Assembly: GCA_038227875.1 (NCBI GenBank)
Contig: JBBRPR010000027.1
Location: 41,153-105,152, forward strand
Direction: 5' to 3'
DNA: 64,000 nucleotides
Source of the DNA: Planctomycetota bacterium
GTDB taxonomy: Bacteria; Planctomycetota; SZUA-567; H5-PLA8
Shown here piece after piece: positions 54,461 through 64,000 of this stretch. The notes under the pieces were generated by a model. The model saw only the letters and a program-made list of their open reading frames with translations. It searched no databases and had not been told where the DNA came from. The translations under genes and the position numbers were made by a program. Position 1 is the first letter of the stretch. Every line of letters begins with the position of its first letter.

Positions 54461-55387
54461 CTACTTCCACGCTTTGCGCAGCGCCTGGGCCAGCGCGCGG
54501 AAGGCGATGCTTTCTTCCTTTCCCGAACGGTAGAGCAAGCCGAACGGCAGCGCGCCGCCTTTGAGCTTCGTTGACATGTCGTACGCAATGGTGTGGGGCT
54601 CGCGCGGGAGTTCGGATTTGGCGGGCATGCCTTTTACGCCGCTCAATAGATAAGGGACGAAAGCCGGCGCGACGCCTTCGCGCACCAGGCCGCGCATGGT
54701 CTGTGAGAAGGTGACTTCGGCGGCAACTTTCAACGTGACACCGGATTCGCGGAAGAGGCGCTCGGTAAGTACGCGGCGCGGCGAAGTCGGGCCGTAGACG
54801 ATCAGGGCGTGCTGTGCGATTTCGGCCGGCGTGGGCAGGCGGCCGAGTTTCGCCAGCGCGTGGCGCGCGGGAATCAACAGTGCGACACCGATGCGGCCGA
54901 GCGGTTCCCAATTGATGCCGCGCGGCGTGTCGGAAAGATGGACGAGTCCCGCATCGGTGTCACCCTGGACCACGCTGCGAAGAATGCCTTCGCCGGTCTG
55001 CTCGTCAATGCGCAGGCGGAAGTCGGGATGGGTTTCGCGCAGCGTGTTGAGCACGGCGGGGAGTGCTTCCATCGCCAGGAATTGATCGGCGGCGAGAACC
55101 AGCGGCTCGGCGATGGCGCCTTTCATCCGCTCGACGAGGTTCGGCAGTCCATCAAAGAAGGGCGAGATGAATTCGTAGAGCGCGCGGCCTTCGGGCGTGA
55201 GTTCCGTGCGGCGCGGCCCGGCCTGGACGACCAGCGTCACGCCGAGGTCCTCCTGAAGACCGCGCACCTGCTGGTAAACGGCCGGCTGTCCGATCGGGTA
55301 CGAAAACGCCTGCGTGGCCTTGGTGTAGCCGCCGTGCCGGGCGACGTGAAAGAAGCCTTCGAGCTGGTGCAGGCGGATGCTGGCCAT
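54461..55387 (-). CDS. LysR family transcriptional regulator
   Basis: N-terminal HTH MASIRLHQLEGFFHVARHGGYTKATQAFSYPIGQPAVYQQVRGLQEDLGVTL and a periplasmic-binding-like co-inducer domain. It is divergent from the giant membrane protein gene. Confidence 0.85.
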   Translation of the reverse strand: MASIRLHQLEGFFHVARHGGYTKATQAFSYPIGQPAVYQQVRGLQEDLGVTLVVQAGPRRTELTPEGRALYEFISPFFDGLPNLVERMKGAIAEPLVLAADQFLAMEALPAVLNTLRETHPDFRLRIDEQTGEGILRSVVQGDTDAGLVHLSDTPRGINWEPLGRIGVALLIPARHALAKLGRLPTPAEIAQHALIVYGPTSPRRVLTERLFRESGVTLKVAAEVTFSQTMRGLVREGVAPAFVPYLLSGVKGMPAKSELPREPHTIAYDMSTKLKGGALPFGLLYRSGKEESIAFRALAQALRKAWK

Positions 55388-55516
55388 TCGTATTCCTCCG
55401 TTTGAGAATGTAGTGATCTATTCATTAAAGTGATAATACTATTAATTTCAATTGAATTTCAATCGGCGCTCTCCGTGGTTGAATAAATATGTGAACAACA
55501 GCGGAGGGGTGCCGCG

Positions 55517-58500
55517 ATGGACAATTTCTTGATCGTGATGGTGGTGCTCGCGTTTTTAGCGTGCACGGTAATCGGGTTCTTCTGGTCCGTGGTCAAAATC
55601 CTGGGCTTCCTGGGGAAGCTTCTGGAGGGTGGATCGCCGACAGTTTCCACCCCGGCTTACGTGAAGCGGCCGGCGTCCCCACCACGGCCAGAAGTCCCGG
55701 TTTCCTTCCTATCGTCCACACTCGCGCGGAGCGAAAACGATGCCGCGCGGCACACGACGCGCAAACTGGCGCTGCAGACGGTGCGCTTTGAAGTGCAGCG
55801 CGCGTTCAATCTCGGCCTGATCCCGCGCGACACGTATCTGGCGATGGGCAGGTATCTCGATCGCGAAAAACTAGCCGTGAACGGCGGCGCCGAGATCGCG
55901 CCGACGCCGGACGTGATCCCAGAGTCGCCGCCGCAGCCCCAGCCCATGGCGCCAGCAACGGCCTCGGCTCCGGCCGACCCGCTTCCCTTATTGGAGCTTA
56001 TGGAGACTGCCACACCCAGTCCGACTCCGGAACCGACACCGGAGGCCGTACCGCCCGTGCCCGTTGCAGAAACCGTTCCCGCGGCGCAGACGGCTGCGGT
56101 GCCAGAATTGCAGCCGGTGCAGGAATCCGCCGCACCCGTCCCGGTCCCGTTCGAAGATGAAGCATCGGCAAAAAACCTGGCGCGCGTGCGCTCGGCGATC
56201 GCGAAACTTCACGAACACGCGCAGGCGCCGGAGGAGCCTGCGGCATCTCTCTCTCAAGACGCGGAGGCGATGGAGGCGCGCGTTGCGATTTCGGAGTCGC
56301 TCGCGCCTTCACCGCTGCCGCAGCCGGCGGAGAGGGAGGTGCCTGCGGTAGCGACGCCGGCGCCAGCTCTATTTAAAGGTGAGAAATCGTCGGCGATCAA
56401 AAAGTCGTGGGCCGAACGCCTTTTCACGCCGGAGAACGTGCGCATTCTGCAGAGCCTGGGCATCTGCATCATGTTCATCTCCGCCGTCGCGTTTGTGCGT
56501 ACGCAGATGTGGAACGACGCGCTGCCGCTGACGCGCATGCTCATTTTGCTCGCGGGTACGGTCGCGTGTTCGGGCACCGGCTATGCGCTACGCCGCTGGC
56601 TCAGTTTGCGGATCACGGGGCTGGGCTTCCTGATTCTCGGGCAGCTATCAGTCGTGCTCGACGCTTACACGGTCCTGCTGACTCCCGCCATGAACGGGCA
56701 TCCGATCTATCCGTATTCTCCCGCGTCGCTCTGGACGGTCTCGTTCATCGTCTTCGCAATCATCGCGGCGGTGAAAGCGCGCGTGCTGAAGGAACCGCTC
56801 TTCGATGCCTTCGCGTACTTCGGCGGATTGGCGGCGTGGGGCGCGGCGGCCTTGTGGGCGGGCGTCGATCCGTACTTGCTGCCGGCGACGTTCGTGCCCG
56901 CGCTGCTGGTCTCCGCGCTTCTGGCACAGTTCGTGAAGCCGAAGAGTTTTCCCGCCAAACCCACCGGAGCGGACGCGGAGAACGAATCGGCCGAACCGGC
57001 GCTGCGCGTGCCTCGCTGGTCGATGCCGTGGTGGCTGGCGGCCGGCTTTGAGTTCGGCGCGGTGCTGCTGGCGGTGATTCTGCCCGTCGCCGCCGAATTG
57101 AGCGGAGCGCGCGCGTTGTCCGCGCACTTTGCCGCGCACGCCAGCGCGATGGTGGGACTGGCGCTCTCGATCTTCGTCGTCGCGCAGGTCCAGATTCGCA
57201 ACGGACAGCGCAAACTTCACTCGTCGATCTTCCACGCGGCAGCGCTGCTCCTGCTGCTACCCGCGCCGATGGCGGCATGGGCGTTCGCGTGGAAATTTCC
57301 GGAACTGACGGCGGCGTTCGCGCTGCCCGGCGCGTGCCTGGCCCTGGTGGGACTGGGCCTGCAGCGGCTGTGGAAATCGGAAGCGAACGACACGCCGCAG
57401 GCCACGCTCGCGCCGTGGGGCCTGGCGGCGACGGTGCTCGGCGTCGCCGGTGCGGCGGTGTTGCGTTGCCAGGGCCATGCGGATCCGGCGCTGCTGCTGA
57501 GCGCGGGGGCGGCGCTGAGCGTGGCGCTGGCCTTCGCACTCTGGCGCGATGAAATGTGGGGACCGTTCCTCGCGACCTTCAGCGCGGCGCTGATGGCGTC
57601 GATCGTTCTGGAGCGCGCACATCTGCCGTCGACGTGGATTCCCGTGGTCGGCGGCGTGCTGGCGTTGCTGAGTCACGCGGGCTGGACGGCGCTGAAGCGG
57701 ACGGTCTCGCCCGAAGGTCGCATGTCGAGCGACGTTGTGGCGCTGCTTTCCGGTCTGGCGTTGCTCACCTTAGCGCCGTTCTTCCCGACAGGAACTGGCG
57801 CGATGGTGGGTGCGACCGCGCAGGTCAGCTTCGGCTGGCTGGCGCTCTTCGCGTTCGTGCTGGCGACGTCGCTCTGGGATTTCACGCCGTTCCGGCGCGG
57901 GCTGGGCATCGCGCTGAGCGCGCCGGCGCTCGCGTACACGTGTTACCACGCGGGATTTCTGTACGGCAGCCCCGCGCCGTGGCTGGCGGTGCTGGCGCTG
58001 GCGGCGGTGGTGCTCTGCCACTTCTTCTCGATCGACGAAGGCAGCGGCTTTGGCGTGATGGCGATCTTCGCGCACGGCACTCTGCTGGCCGGGTATCAGT
58101 TCGTGAACGGGTTTTACGCTCCGGCGGCGCTCTCGTTCGGGTTGTTGGCGCTGGCGCTGCTGGTCCACTCGCAGTTCCAGCGCGCGCGGCACAAAAACGC
58201 GTGGGCGGCGATCTGCGAAACTGGAGCGCTGGGCTATCTGAGTTTCTCCGGCGTCTGCTTGACGGAATGGTCGGGACTCGATGCACTGCGCTGGCCGCTG
58301 GCGCTGACGCTGCTGGGCGCGGCGGTGCTGGTGTTCGCGAAGATCGGCGAAATCCTCAGCGTGAAGTTGCACGCATCAACCCACGAAGGCGAGCGGCCAT
58401 TCCGCGCGGCGGCTCCGATTGTGGCGCTGGCGCTCTCCGCGGCGGCTTTTGTGAAGCTGCTGATTCTCTACAGTTGGAGCATGAGCGATTCTGCGATGTT

Positions 58501-61192
58501 GCTGACGCTGTCGTGGAGCTGCGGCCTGCTGCCGCTGTTCATCGCCTTCCGCACGCAGGTCTTTGAGACGCGCAAGGTGTGCAAGGTCTCCGCGGATGCG
58601 ACGCTCTCCTTGAGCGCCGTCGGCGGCGCGCTGCTGGCGGCGGCGTTTGGATTCGTGGCGACGTTGCAGCTGCTCCGAGCGGAATTCTGGCTGCCGATGC
58701 CGGCGTGCACGCCGCAACTGCGGCTGGCCTGCGCGGCGTACCTGGCGGTAATTCTGCTCGTGTCGGTGCTCGGCACATTGAGGAACGTGAAGCCCGCAGC
58801 GATTCCCGGAATGCTTGCGTCGCTGGGTTTGATTGGTTGCGCCTGCGGGCAGTGGACTGTGCCGGACCAGATCTTTGCGCTGGGTGCCGCGATGCTGGTC
58901 TATGCGGCGACGTGGTTGTCGTGCAGGGAGAACGAGGCCGAGCAGCACGACGCGAGTTTTGAAACCGCGGCGTGGATCGCGTCGGGCTTCGCGCAGTTCA
59001 GTCTGACGGCCGGCTTGCTGTCGTGGTCCGTACGCGGCACGCAGTACCTGGCGGTCGCGGCGTGGCTGGTGCTCGCGGCGGCGCGCTGGCAGAAGGCCGA
59101 GAAACGGCGCTACGCGGCACTGGCGATGGCGGCGATTGCTTTCGCAGTTGCGCACGGCATGCGCTGGATGGGCTTGGAATTTCACCAATTCGGACCGGGA
59201 CTGGTCGGCACGGCGCTGCTGATTCTCGGCGCGGCCGAGGGCATTCGGATGTTCGACTGCGCCGCCGCGGTCGACGAGCCGCGCAGAACCGGGCCGTCAC
59301 GCGCGAATTCCATTATTCTCGTGGCGGCGCTGACAGGTGTGGCCGGAACCGTACTCGGCTTTGTCGGCGGGATGAAGGGCCAGATGTGGCAGTGGAGCGC
59401 CACGCTGCTGGAATGTGCGCTCGGTGTGGCTGCGGCGACATTGATCGTCAGACGCAATCAGGCCGCATCTGGCAACGCATTGCCGGAGAAGCGCGTGCTG
59501 CTGCTGGAATTGAGCGCGTGGCTGCTCCTGACGTTCTCACTGATCGCGGCGGCGAATGTTAACGCCGCGAACATCCCAGTGTCCGGGCCGACGTGGGCGC
59601 TGATCGCCGCGGCGTTCCTGCTGCTGGGCATGGCGGCGGAAGCGATCGTCGGTGCGCTCACCGGCGCGCAAGATTCCCAGAAGTCGCCGGCGTTTCTGGA
59701 ATCGCGTCATCTCGCGGCGCTGGGCATTGGGGCCGTCGGTCTGATATCGGCGTTCTTCCATGGGAACGGCGGCGATATCCATCTGCTCTGGCGCACGTTG
59801 CTAGCGCTGACCACGCTGGCCGTCTATGGCGGCTTCGCGCGCATTTCTTCCCGGGAAAAGTGGAACGATCTGGCGCAGAAATTCAGCGGCGGCTTGGCGT
59901 ACGTGGTGCTGCTGCCGCTGGGCTATCTGAATTTTCTGAACGCGCATTCCAACGGCGGGCCGTGGGGCGGGATGTACTTTATGCTGCTCTGCCCGATCTT
60001 GCTGGCCGCGCAGTATGTGCTGCGTCGCGAAAAACGCGACGACCAGGCCGCGCTGGCGAATTTCGGCGCGTGGATGGTCAGCGCCGGAGCCGTGGTGCTG
60101 GCGTTCGTCGGAAACCGGCAGGAACTTTCTGCGGTCCCCGCCGCGGTGCTGGCGGTGTTGGCGCTCCAATTCCTGGCGACGCGCGCGATGACCGGCAAGC
60201 GCGGGTACACCACGGCGGTGTGTGCTGCAGTCGTGGGCTCGACGTACTTTGCGCTCCAGGCGCTGGTCGGATTCCCGCTCTTCGGCAGCCACAATCCGTG
60301 GGCGTGGCAGATGCCGCTGCTGTCGCTGCTGGGCGTGGCGATGATCATGCTGGGCGGCAGCGCGAAGCTGGATGAAATTCCGCTTGAGAGTGGCGTGCGC
60401 GGTAAGCCGGCGCAGGGGAGTATCGTCGCGCTGAGTGGATTGGCGACCACGGGCCTCGCGCTGATGATGTCGGTGTTGTACGTCTTCGGATTCGGAGTGC
60501 GCGCACACTTCCCCTTATATGCAAACATGGGCTATCTCGACGCGGTGATCGCGTCCACGCTGCTGTTGGCAGCGGCGACGCTGTGTGCGAAGCGCTGGCT
60601 GGCCGACTGGAGCTCGGTGGAATTCGTTGGCAAGTATCTGCCGCCGGTCGCGACGCTCGCCGCGTACCTGATGTTCGTCCTGAAAGCTCCGCCGCACGCG
60701 GCCGAGTGGTACAGCGTGCCGATGGCCGTGTTCTTCTTCAGCTGGGCCTGGCAGTCGATCGCCGAAGCGGAAAAGCGCGCTGAATCCCGGCATGAAAAAC
60801 ACGACGAGCGCGAAGCCGCTGTGCTGCTGATGATCGCCAGCGCGCTCACCGTGATTCCATCCTTCATCCAGGAACTGCCGAACAACGCGGAAGGCACGCA
60901 TCACTTCTTCGCGATGCTGGGGCTCTCTATTGCGATGGTCTTCGGCGCAATGCTCTCCCGCCGCAAAATTCCGCTGCTCGGCGGCAGCGCGGGCGTGGTC
61001 GTCGGCACGATCATCAAGTGCGCGCAGTGGGCTCATCATCACGACGGCGTCGGCCCGTTGTTGGGCATCCTGGTTGGCTTGATTCTCGTCGCCGGCTCCA
61101 CGCTGCTCGAATCGCGCATGAATCAGGCGTTCCGGAAGGTTGTCGACCGCGCGCGGGCGGAAGCGCGGATGTTCTGGGTCTCCTGGCAATGA
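55517..61192 (+). CDS. Giant polytopic membrane protein (1891 aa, more than 40 predicted TM helices), function unknown
   Basis: An N-terminal TM, a Pro/Ala/Glu-rich linker (residues about 130-260), then an almost uninterrupted series of hydrophobic helices with short loops. It is a single ORF with uniform codon usage. Confidence 0.6.
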   Translation: MDNFLIVMVVLAFLACTVIGFFWSVVKILGFLGKLLEGGSPTVSTPAYVKRPASPPRPEVPVSFLSSTLARSENDAARHTTRKLALQTVRFEVQRAFNLGLIPRDTYLAMGRYLDREKLAVNGGAEIAPTPDVIPESPPQPQPMAPATASAPADPLPLLELMETATPSPTPEPTPEAVPPVPVAETVPAAQTAAVPELQPVQESAAPVPVPFEDEASAKNLARVRSAIAKLHEHAQAPEEPAASLSQDAEAMEARVAISESLAPSPLPQPAEREVPAVATPAPALFKGEKSSAIKKSWAERLFTPENVRILQSLGICIMFISAVAFVRTQMWNDALPLTRMLILLAGTVACSGTGYALRRWLSLRITGLGFLILGQLSVVLDAYTVLLTPAMNGHPIYPYSPASLWTVSFIVFAIIAAVKARVLKEPLFDAFAYFGGLAAWGAAALWAGVDPYLLPATFVPALLVSALLAQFVKPKSFPAKPTGADAENESAEPALRVPRWSMPWWLAAGFEFGAVLLAVILPVAAELSGARALSAHFAAHASAMVGLALSIFVVAQVQIRNGQRKLHSSIFHAAALLLLLPAPMAAWAFAWKFPELTAAFALPGACLALVGLGLQRLWKSEANDTPQATLAPWGLAATVLGVAGAAVLRCQGHADPALLLSAGAALSVALAFALWRDEMWGPFLATFSAALMASIVLERAHLPSTWIPVVGGVLALLSHAGWTALKRTVSPEGRMSSDVVALLSGLALLTLAPFFPTGTGAMVGATAQVSFGWLALFAFVLATSLWDFTPFRRGLGIALSAPALAYTCYHAGFLYGSPAPWLAVLALAAVVLCHFFSIDEGSGFGVMAIFAHGTLLAGYQFVNGFYAPAALSFGLLALALLVHSQFQRARHKNAWAAICETGALGYLSFSGVCLTEWSGLDALRWPLALTLLGAAVLVFAKIGEILSVKLHASTHEGERPFRAAAPIVALALSAAAFVKLLILYSWSMSDSAMLLTLSWSCGLLPLFIAFRTQVFETRKVCKVSADATLSLSAVGGALLAAAFGFVATLQLLRAEFWLPMPACTPQLRLACAAYLAVILLVSVLGTLRNVKPAAIPGMLASLGLIGCACGQWTVPDQIFALGAAMLVYAATWLSCRENEAEQHDASFETAAWIASGFAQFSLTAGLLSWSVRGTQYLAVAAWLVLAAARWQKAEKRRYAALAMAAIAFAVAHGMRWMGLEFHQFGPGLVGTALLILGAAEGIRMFDCAAAVDEPRRTGPSRANSIILVAALTGVAGTVLGFVGGMKGQMWQWSATLLECALGVAAATLIVRRNQAASGNALPEKRVLLLELSAWLLLTFSLIAAANVNAANIPVSGPTWALIAAAFLLLGMAAEAIVGALTGAQDSQKSPAFLESRHLAALGIGAVGLISAFFHGNGGDIHLLWRTLLALTTLAVYGGFARISSREKWNDLAQKFSGGLAYVVLLPLGYLNFLNAHSNGGPWGGMYFMLLCPILLAAQYVLRREKRDDQAALANFGAWMVSAGAVVLAFVGNRQELSAVPAAVLAVLALQFLATRAMTGKRGYTTAVCAAVVGSTYFALQALVGFPLFGSHNPWAWQMPLLSLLGVAMIMLGGSAKLDEIPLESGVRGKPAQGSIVALSGLATTGLALMMSVLYVFGFGVRAHFPLYANMGYLDAVIASTLLLAAATLCAKRWLADWSSVEFVGKYLPPVATLAAYLMFVLKAPPHAAEWYSVPMAVFFFSWAWQSIAEAEKRAESRHEKHDEREAAVLLMIASALTVIPSFIQELPNNAEGTHHFFAMLGLSIAMVFGAMLSRRKIPLLGGSAGVVVGTIIKCAQWAHHHDGVGPLLGILVGLILVAGSTLLESRMNQAFRKVVDRARAEARMFWVSWQ

Positions 61193-61218
61193 GCGCGGTG
61201 ATGCGGAATGGGAACAGA

Positions 61219-61428
61219 ATTGCGGATTGCGGATTTCGGATTGCGGATTAGCGAAGGGGATCGGTCCGTTTTTGCGCGGGAGTCATTCGAGATCGGGAGC
61301 AACGGAGACGAATAAAAGAAAAGCGTGCGCGCTAAAATTCGTGGGTAGGATTTTGATCTCGGAATTCACCCCGCGTAACGGACCAGCAACCGTCGCTAAT
61401 CCGCAATCCGCAATCCGAAATCCGCAAT
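61219..61428. repeat. Second pair of inverted heptamer arrays: (TTGCGGA/TTTCGGA)x4 at 61219-61250 and (AATCCGC/AATCCGA)x4 at 61397-61428, separated by 146 nt
   Basis: The right array is identical, as a 32-mer, to the right array at 43563-43594. It lies between two convergent genes. Confidence 0.85.
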
Positions 61429-61432
61429 GCCG

Positions 61433-62137
61433 TTAGAGGTACCCGAGGTCTTCCAATCTCTTCTGAATTTCCTTTTCGTCTTCGACGCTGTAGCCGCTGG
61501 CGCGGTCGACGGTGGATTCCAGGCGTGCGCCTTTGAGCGTCGCGGGGGCTTCGACGTTGAGCCAGGCGAGGACCGTGGCGAGGACGTCTTCGATGGGGCG
61601 TTCTCCGCCGTCGCCGGACTTGAGGCCTTGGGTGTGGCAGAGCCACTTCGCGTCACTCATGCCGCAGAGCGTAATGACGGTGCCGACGTCGGTCGGTTGC
61701 GCGGCGAGGAACGTCGCGAGATCCTTGGCGAACATTTCGGCATCCGCGGGAAGCGGCAGGGAAATTCCGAGGAGATCCCACGGTTCTTCGGCGGACAATT
61801 TTTGCGCAACGGACAGCGGCGTGGGTAATGCTGCCAGCGTCGCGGCGACGCGCGCTTCACTGCTGGGCTGCAGGCAGCGCCATTTTCCGTTCTCAGTGAA
61901 CACCGCCAGGGCGCGCGAACGCACCGGCGCGGCGTCGCGCCAGTCGGTGCCGACGGTGACGCGCGACAAGCGCGCCGCGGCGACGGCCTGGATCCATTCG
62001 GCGCTGAACAATCTGCCGCGCGCACTCGCGCCGGCCAGCACCGTGCCGCTCAGGCTGTGAACGGAGAGCTGCTGCCACTGGGCCGTGAAGTCCGACGGCT
62101 CTCCGTGTACGACGACAAAGATGACGCGCTGCGGCAT
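61433..62137 (-). CDS. Hypothetical protein (234 aa)
   Basis: Starts immediately downstream of the sulfatase-like gene on the same strand. No motif recognised. Confidence 0.4.
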   Translation of the reverse strand: MPQRVIFVVVHGEPSDFTAQWQQLSVHSLSGTVLAGASARGRLFSAEWIQAVAAARLSRVTVGTDWRDAAPVRSRALAVFTENGKWRCLQPSSEARVAATLAALPTPLSVAQKLSAEEPWDLLGISLPLPADAEMFAKDLATFLAAQPTDVGTVITLCGMSDAKWLCHTQGLKSGDGGERPIEDVLATVLAWLNVEAPATLKGARLESTVDRASGYSVEDEKEIQKRLEDLGYL

Positions 62138-62215
62138 CGAACTCGCTCCAGGTGTGACTGTCCGCGGGCGGTCGCGATCGGCCCGTTATTCCGGACAGTG
62201 GAATGCCGCGCTACT

Positions 62216-63631
62216 TTACTTCAGATCGTCGTGATCGGCCATCGTCTTCACGGGACCGACCTTTTCCGGCTCGCGGAAAAGCTTCGAATCCTTGGGCACG
62301 GCGGCGTCCATCTTGCCGATGCGCCGCAGCGGAATCGGCTGCGTGGTGAACGGATCCTGCGGAAGCCCCGTCGCCTTCAAGCGTGCGGCGACGTACTCTT
62401 CGAGCTGCTTGCGAAATTGGGCGGTCTTCTCCGGAAGCTTTGTGGCGAGGTTGTGTTTCTCGCCGGGGTCGTCGGTGAGATTGTAGAGTTCCTCTTCGGG
62501 GAATCCGTGGATGTCCGGTTCCAGCGCGCGGATGTACTTCCATTCGTGCGTGCGGATGCCGCGCTTGCGCATCCACGTGTTCTCGGTGATGTGAATGAAA
62601 TCGCGCGTGCCCCGCGAGACCGAGCTGCCGTTCGTCACCATCGGCAGTACCGACTTGCCGAGCATGTTTTCCTTGGCCGCGAGTTCCGTCAGGACGACCG
62701 CGTCGAGCACCGTCGGCGCGATGTCGTAGAGCGTCACGAAGCCGCCCGGCCGCGAGCCGGCGGAGATCTTGCCCGGCAGATGCAGAATCAGCGGGATGTG
62801 AATGTTGGTGTCGTAGAGCCCGTGATGGTCGAACCAGCATTCGTGCTCGTCCATCTCTTCACCGTGGTCGGCGGTGAAGATCAGCAGCGTGTCTTCCATC
62901 AGGTTGAGCGCCGACAAGCGCGCGAAGATGTGCGCCAGGCAGGCGTCGAGGTACGCGATTTCGGCGTCGTACTGCGCGATCACGAATTCGCGGTCGGTGA
63001 CGCCCGGCATCCATTCGTGGAAGTACCATTTGAAATTCTCGAACGTCCACATCTTGTCGAGCGAGTGGTTGGAGGGATCCTTTTCGTTGCCTTCGTAAAA
63101 CATGCGCGAGAACGGCGGCGGCGGAAGGTAGGGCGTGTGCGGATCCCAATAATGGAAGAAGAGGAAGAACGGCTTGTCCTGCGCGGCCGCGGAGTTGATC
63201 ACTTTCAACGCCGCGCCGTTGACCGCTTCGCCTTTGCGCCATTCGTCTTTGACGTCGGTCTTCCACGAGTACGGTTCGGTTTGGTGGAAACCGTTTTTGA
63301 ACCAGCGCCCGAGATTGTCCGCAGCGCCGCAATGGAAACCGTTCTGCGCGAGGAGTTCGGCGAGCATCTTCACGTTCGCCGGCGGCGTGTAATTGTCGCC
63401 GGACTGCCCGGTGATGTTGTGCGCGTACGGGTCCTTGCCGGTGAACATGGTCGTGTGGCCGGGGTACGTGGGAATGTGCGGACTGAAACACTCCGTGAAG
63501 ACCGCGCCGTTGGCCGCGAGCTTGTCGAGATTCGGGCTGGTCGGCCGCTTGTAGCCGTAGCAGCTCAAGTGGTCGGCGCGCTGGGTATCGAGGGAGAAGA
63601 GGATGACGTTTTTGGCGAAAGGTTTTTTCAT
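62216..63631 (-). CDS. Sulfatase-like (alkaline-phosphatase superfamily) hydrolase lacking the C-x-P-x-R formylglycine motif
   Basis: N-terminus ILFSLDTQRADHLSCYGY is the metal-binding Asp block. Where sulfatases carry CxPSR this protein has SPHIPTYPGHTTMFTGKDP. Length 471 aa. Confidence 0.65.
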   Translation of the reverse strand: MKKPFAKNVILFSLDTQRADHLSCYGYKRPTSPNLDKLAANGAVFTECFSPHIPTYPGHTTMFTGKDPYAHNITGQSGDNYTPPANVKMLAELLAQNGFHCGAADNLGRWFKNGFHQTEPYSWKTDVKDEWRKGEAVNGAALKVINSAAAQDKPFFLFFHYWDPHTPYLPPPPFSRMFYEGNEKDPSNHSLDKMWTFENFKWYFHEWMPGVTDREFVIAQYDAEIAYLDACLAHIFARLSALNLMEDTLLIFTADHGEEMDEHECWFDHHGLYDTNIHIPLILHLPGKISAGSRPGGFVTLYDIAPTVLDAVVLTELAAKENMLGKSVLPMVTNGSSVSRGTRDFIHITENTWMRKRGIRTHEWKYIRALEPDIHGFPEEELYNLTDDPGEKHNLATKLPEKTAQFRKQLEEYVAARLKATGLPQDPFTTQPIPLRRIGKMDAAVPKDSKLFREPEKVGPVKTMADHDDLK

Positions 63632-63644
63632 GGCGCTCCGTTTC

Positions 63645-63757
63645 GTAGTCCGGGCGTCTCGCCCGGTCTTCTTGAAAATTCACATGTTCCGTCCCCGACG
63701 ACGCGACTCTTGCAACGACGCGTCTGTCCGACGCAGACCGGGCGAGACGACTGGTCT
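63645..63757. repeat. Second pair of the GTAGTCCGGGCGTCTCGCCCGGTCT repeat, immediately upstream of the sulfatase-like gene start
   Basis: Full copy at 63645-63669 on the plus strand and a partial inverted copy at 63735-63757, followed by TTTTT. On the minus strand the motif ends 14 nt before the ATG. Confidence 0.75.
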
Positions 63758-63896
63758 TTTTAATTCCGATTCTCCTATCGTCAAGCGCGCACGCTCGCAA
63801 ATAGAGGAACAAAAGAGTAGAACATTAAAACTTCCCGGTTATAGTCCGTTTGGCCGAGCCAAAACGGAGTTAACCGATGCCGAAATTGACAGAATA

Positions 63897-64000
63897 TCCC
63901 GGCGTGACGTTGGGACAAGCCAAGAAGGCTGGTTATCCCTTATCGCTGATCTGGTTCCATCCTTTGCTCAATGGCGCACGCGTCAAACGATCCATCAGGA
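63897..64000 (+). CDS. 5' end of an unknown gene that runs off the window
   Basis: MPKLTEYPGVTLGQAKKAGYPLSLIWFHPLLNGARVKRSIR... is open to the window end. Confidence 0.3.

Overview
This 64 kb window is a gene-dense stretch of a high-GC (about 60-63%) bacterial chromosome, and most large ORFs on the opposite strand of real genes are GC-driven artefacts. I support about 49 protein-coding genes and found no rRNA, tRNA, CRISPR array, integrase or transposase. Housekeeping genes present: fmt, yebC-ruvC, tex, a lysA-like PLP decarboxylase, homospermidine synthase (hss), a Gfo/Idh/MocA oxidoreductase, an MDR dehydrogenase, a duplicated-ATPase ABC protein and a rhomboid protease. Regulators present: a hybrid PAS histidine kinase, LysR, AraC, a stand-alone receiver and a small MobC-like RHH protein. 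The rest is dominated by secreted or lipoprotein-type hypotheticals: SGNH-like hydrolases, glycoside-hydrolase-like proteins, TPR/HEAT proteins, two tandem proteins with a PA-IL/LecA-like lectin C-terminus, a flotillin, a prokaryotic pentameric ligand-gated ion channel homologue and a giant 1891-aa polytopic membrane protein. This content is compatible with a free-living PVC-group or Acidobacteria-like bacterium, but I cannot assign taxonomy from sequence alone. The most notable unexplained features are a compact GcvH-like / tandem-DGC-domain / TusA-like operon, two loci with inverted tandem heptamer arrays (TTGCGGA)n, a roughly 90-nt structured motif present twice with compensatory stem changes, a 25-nt hairpin repeat in the 5' leaders of two hydrolase genes, a 550-bp TIR-flanked hairpin-rich intergenic element, and an M4-less pLGIC homologue.
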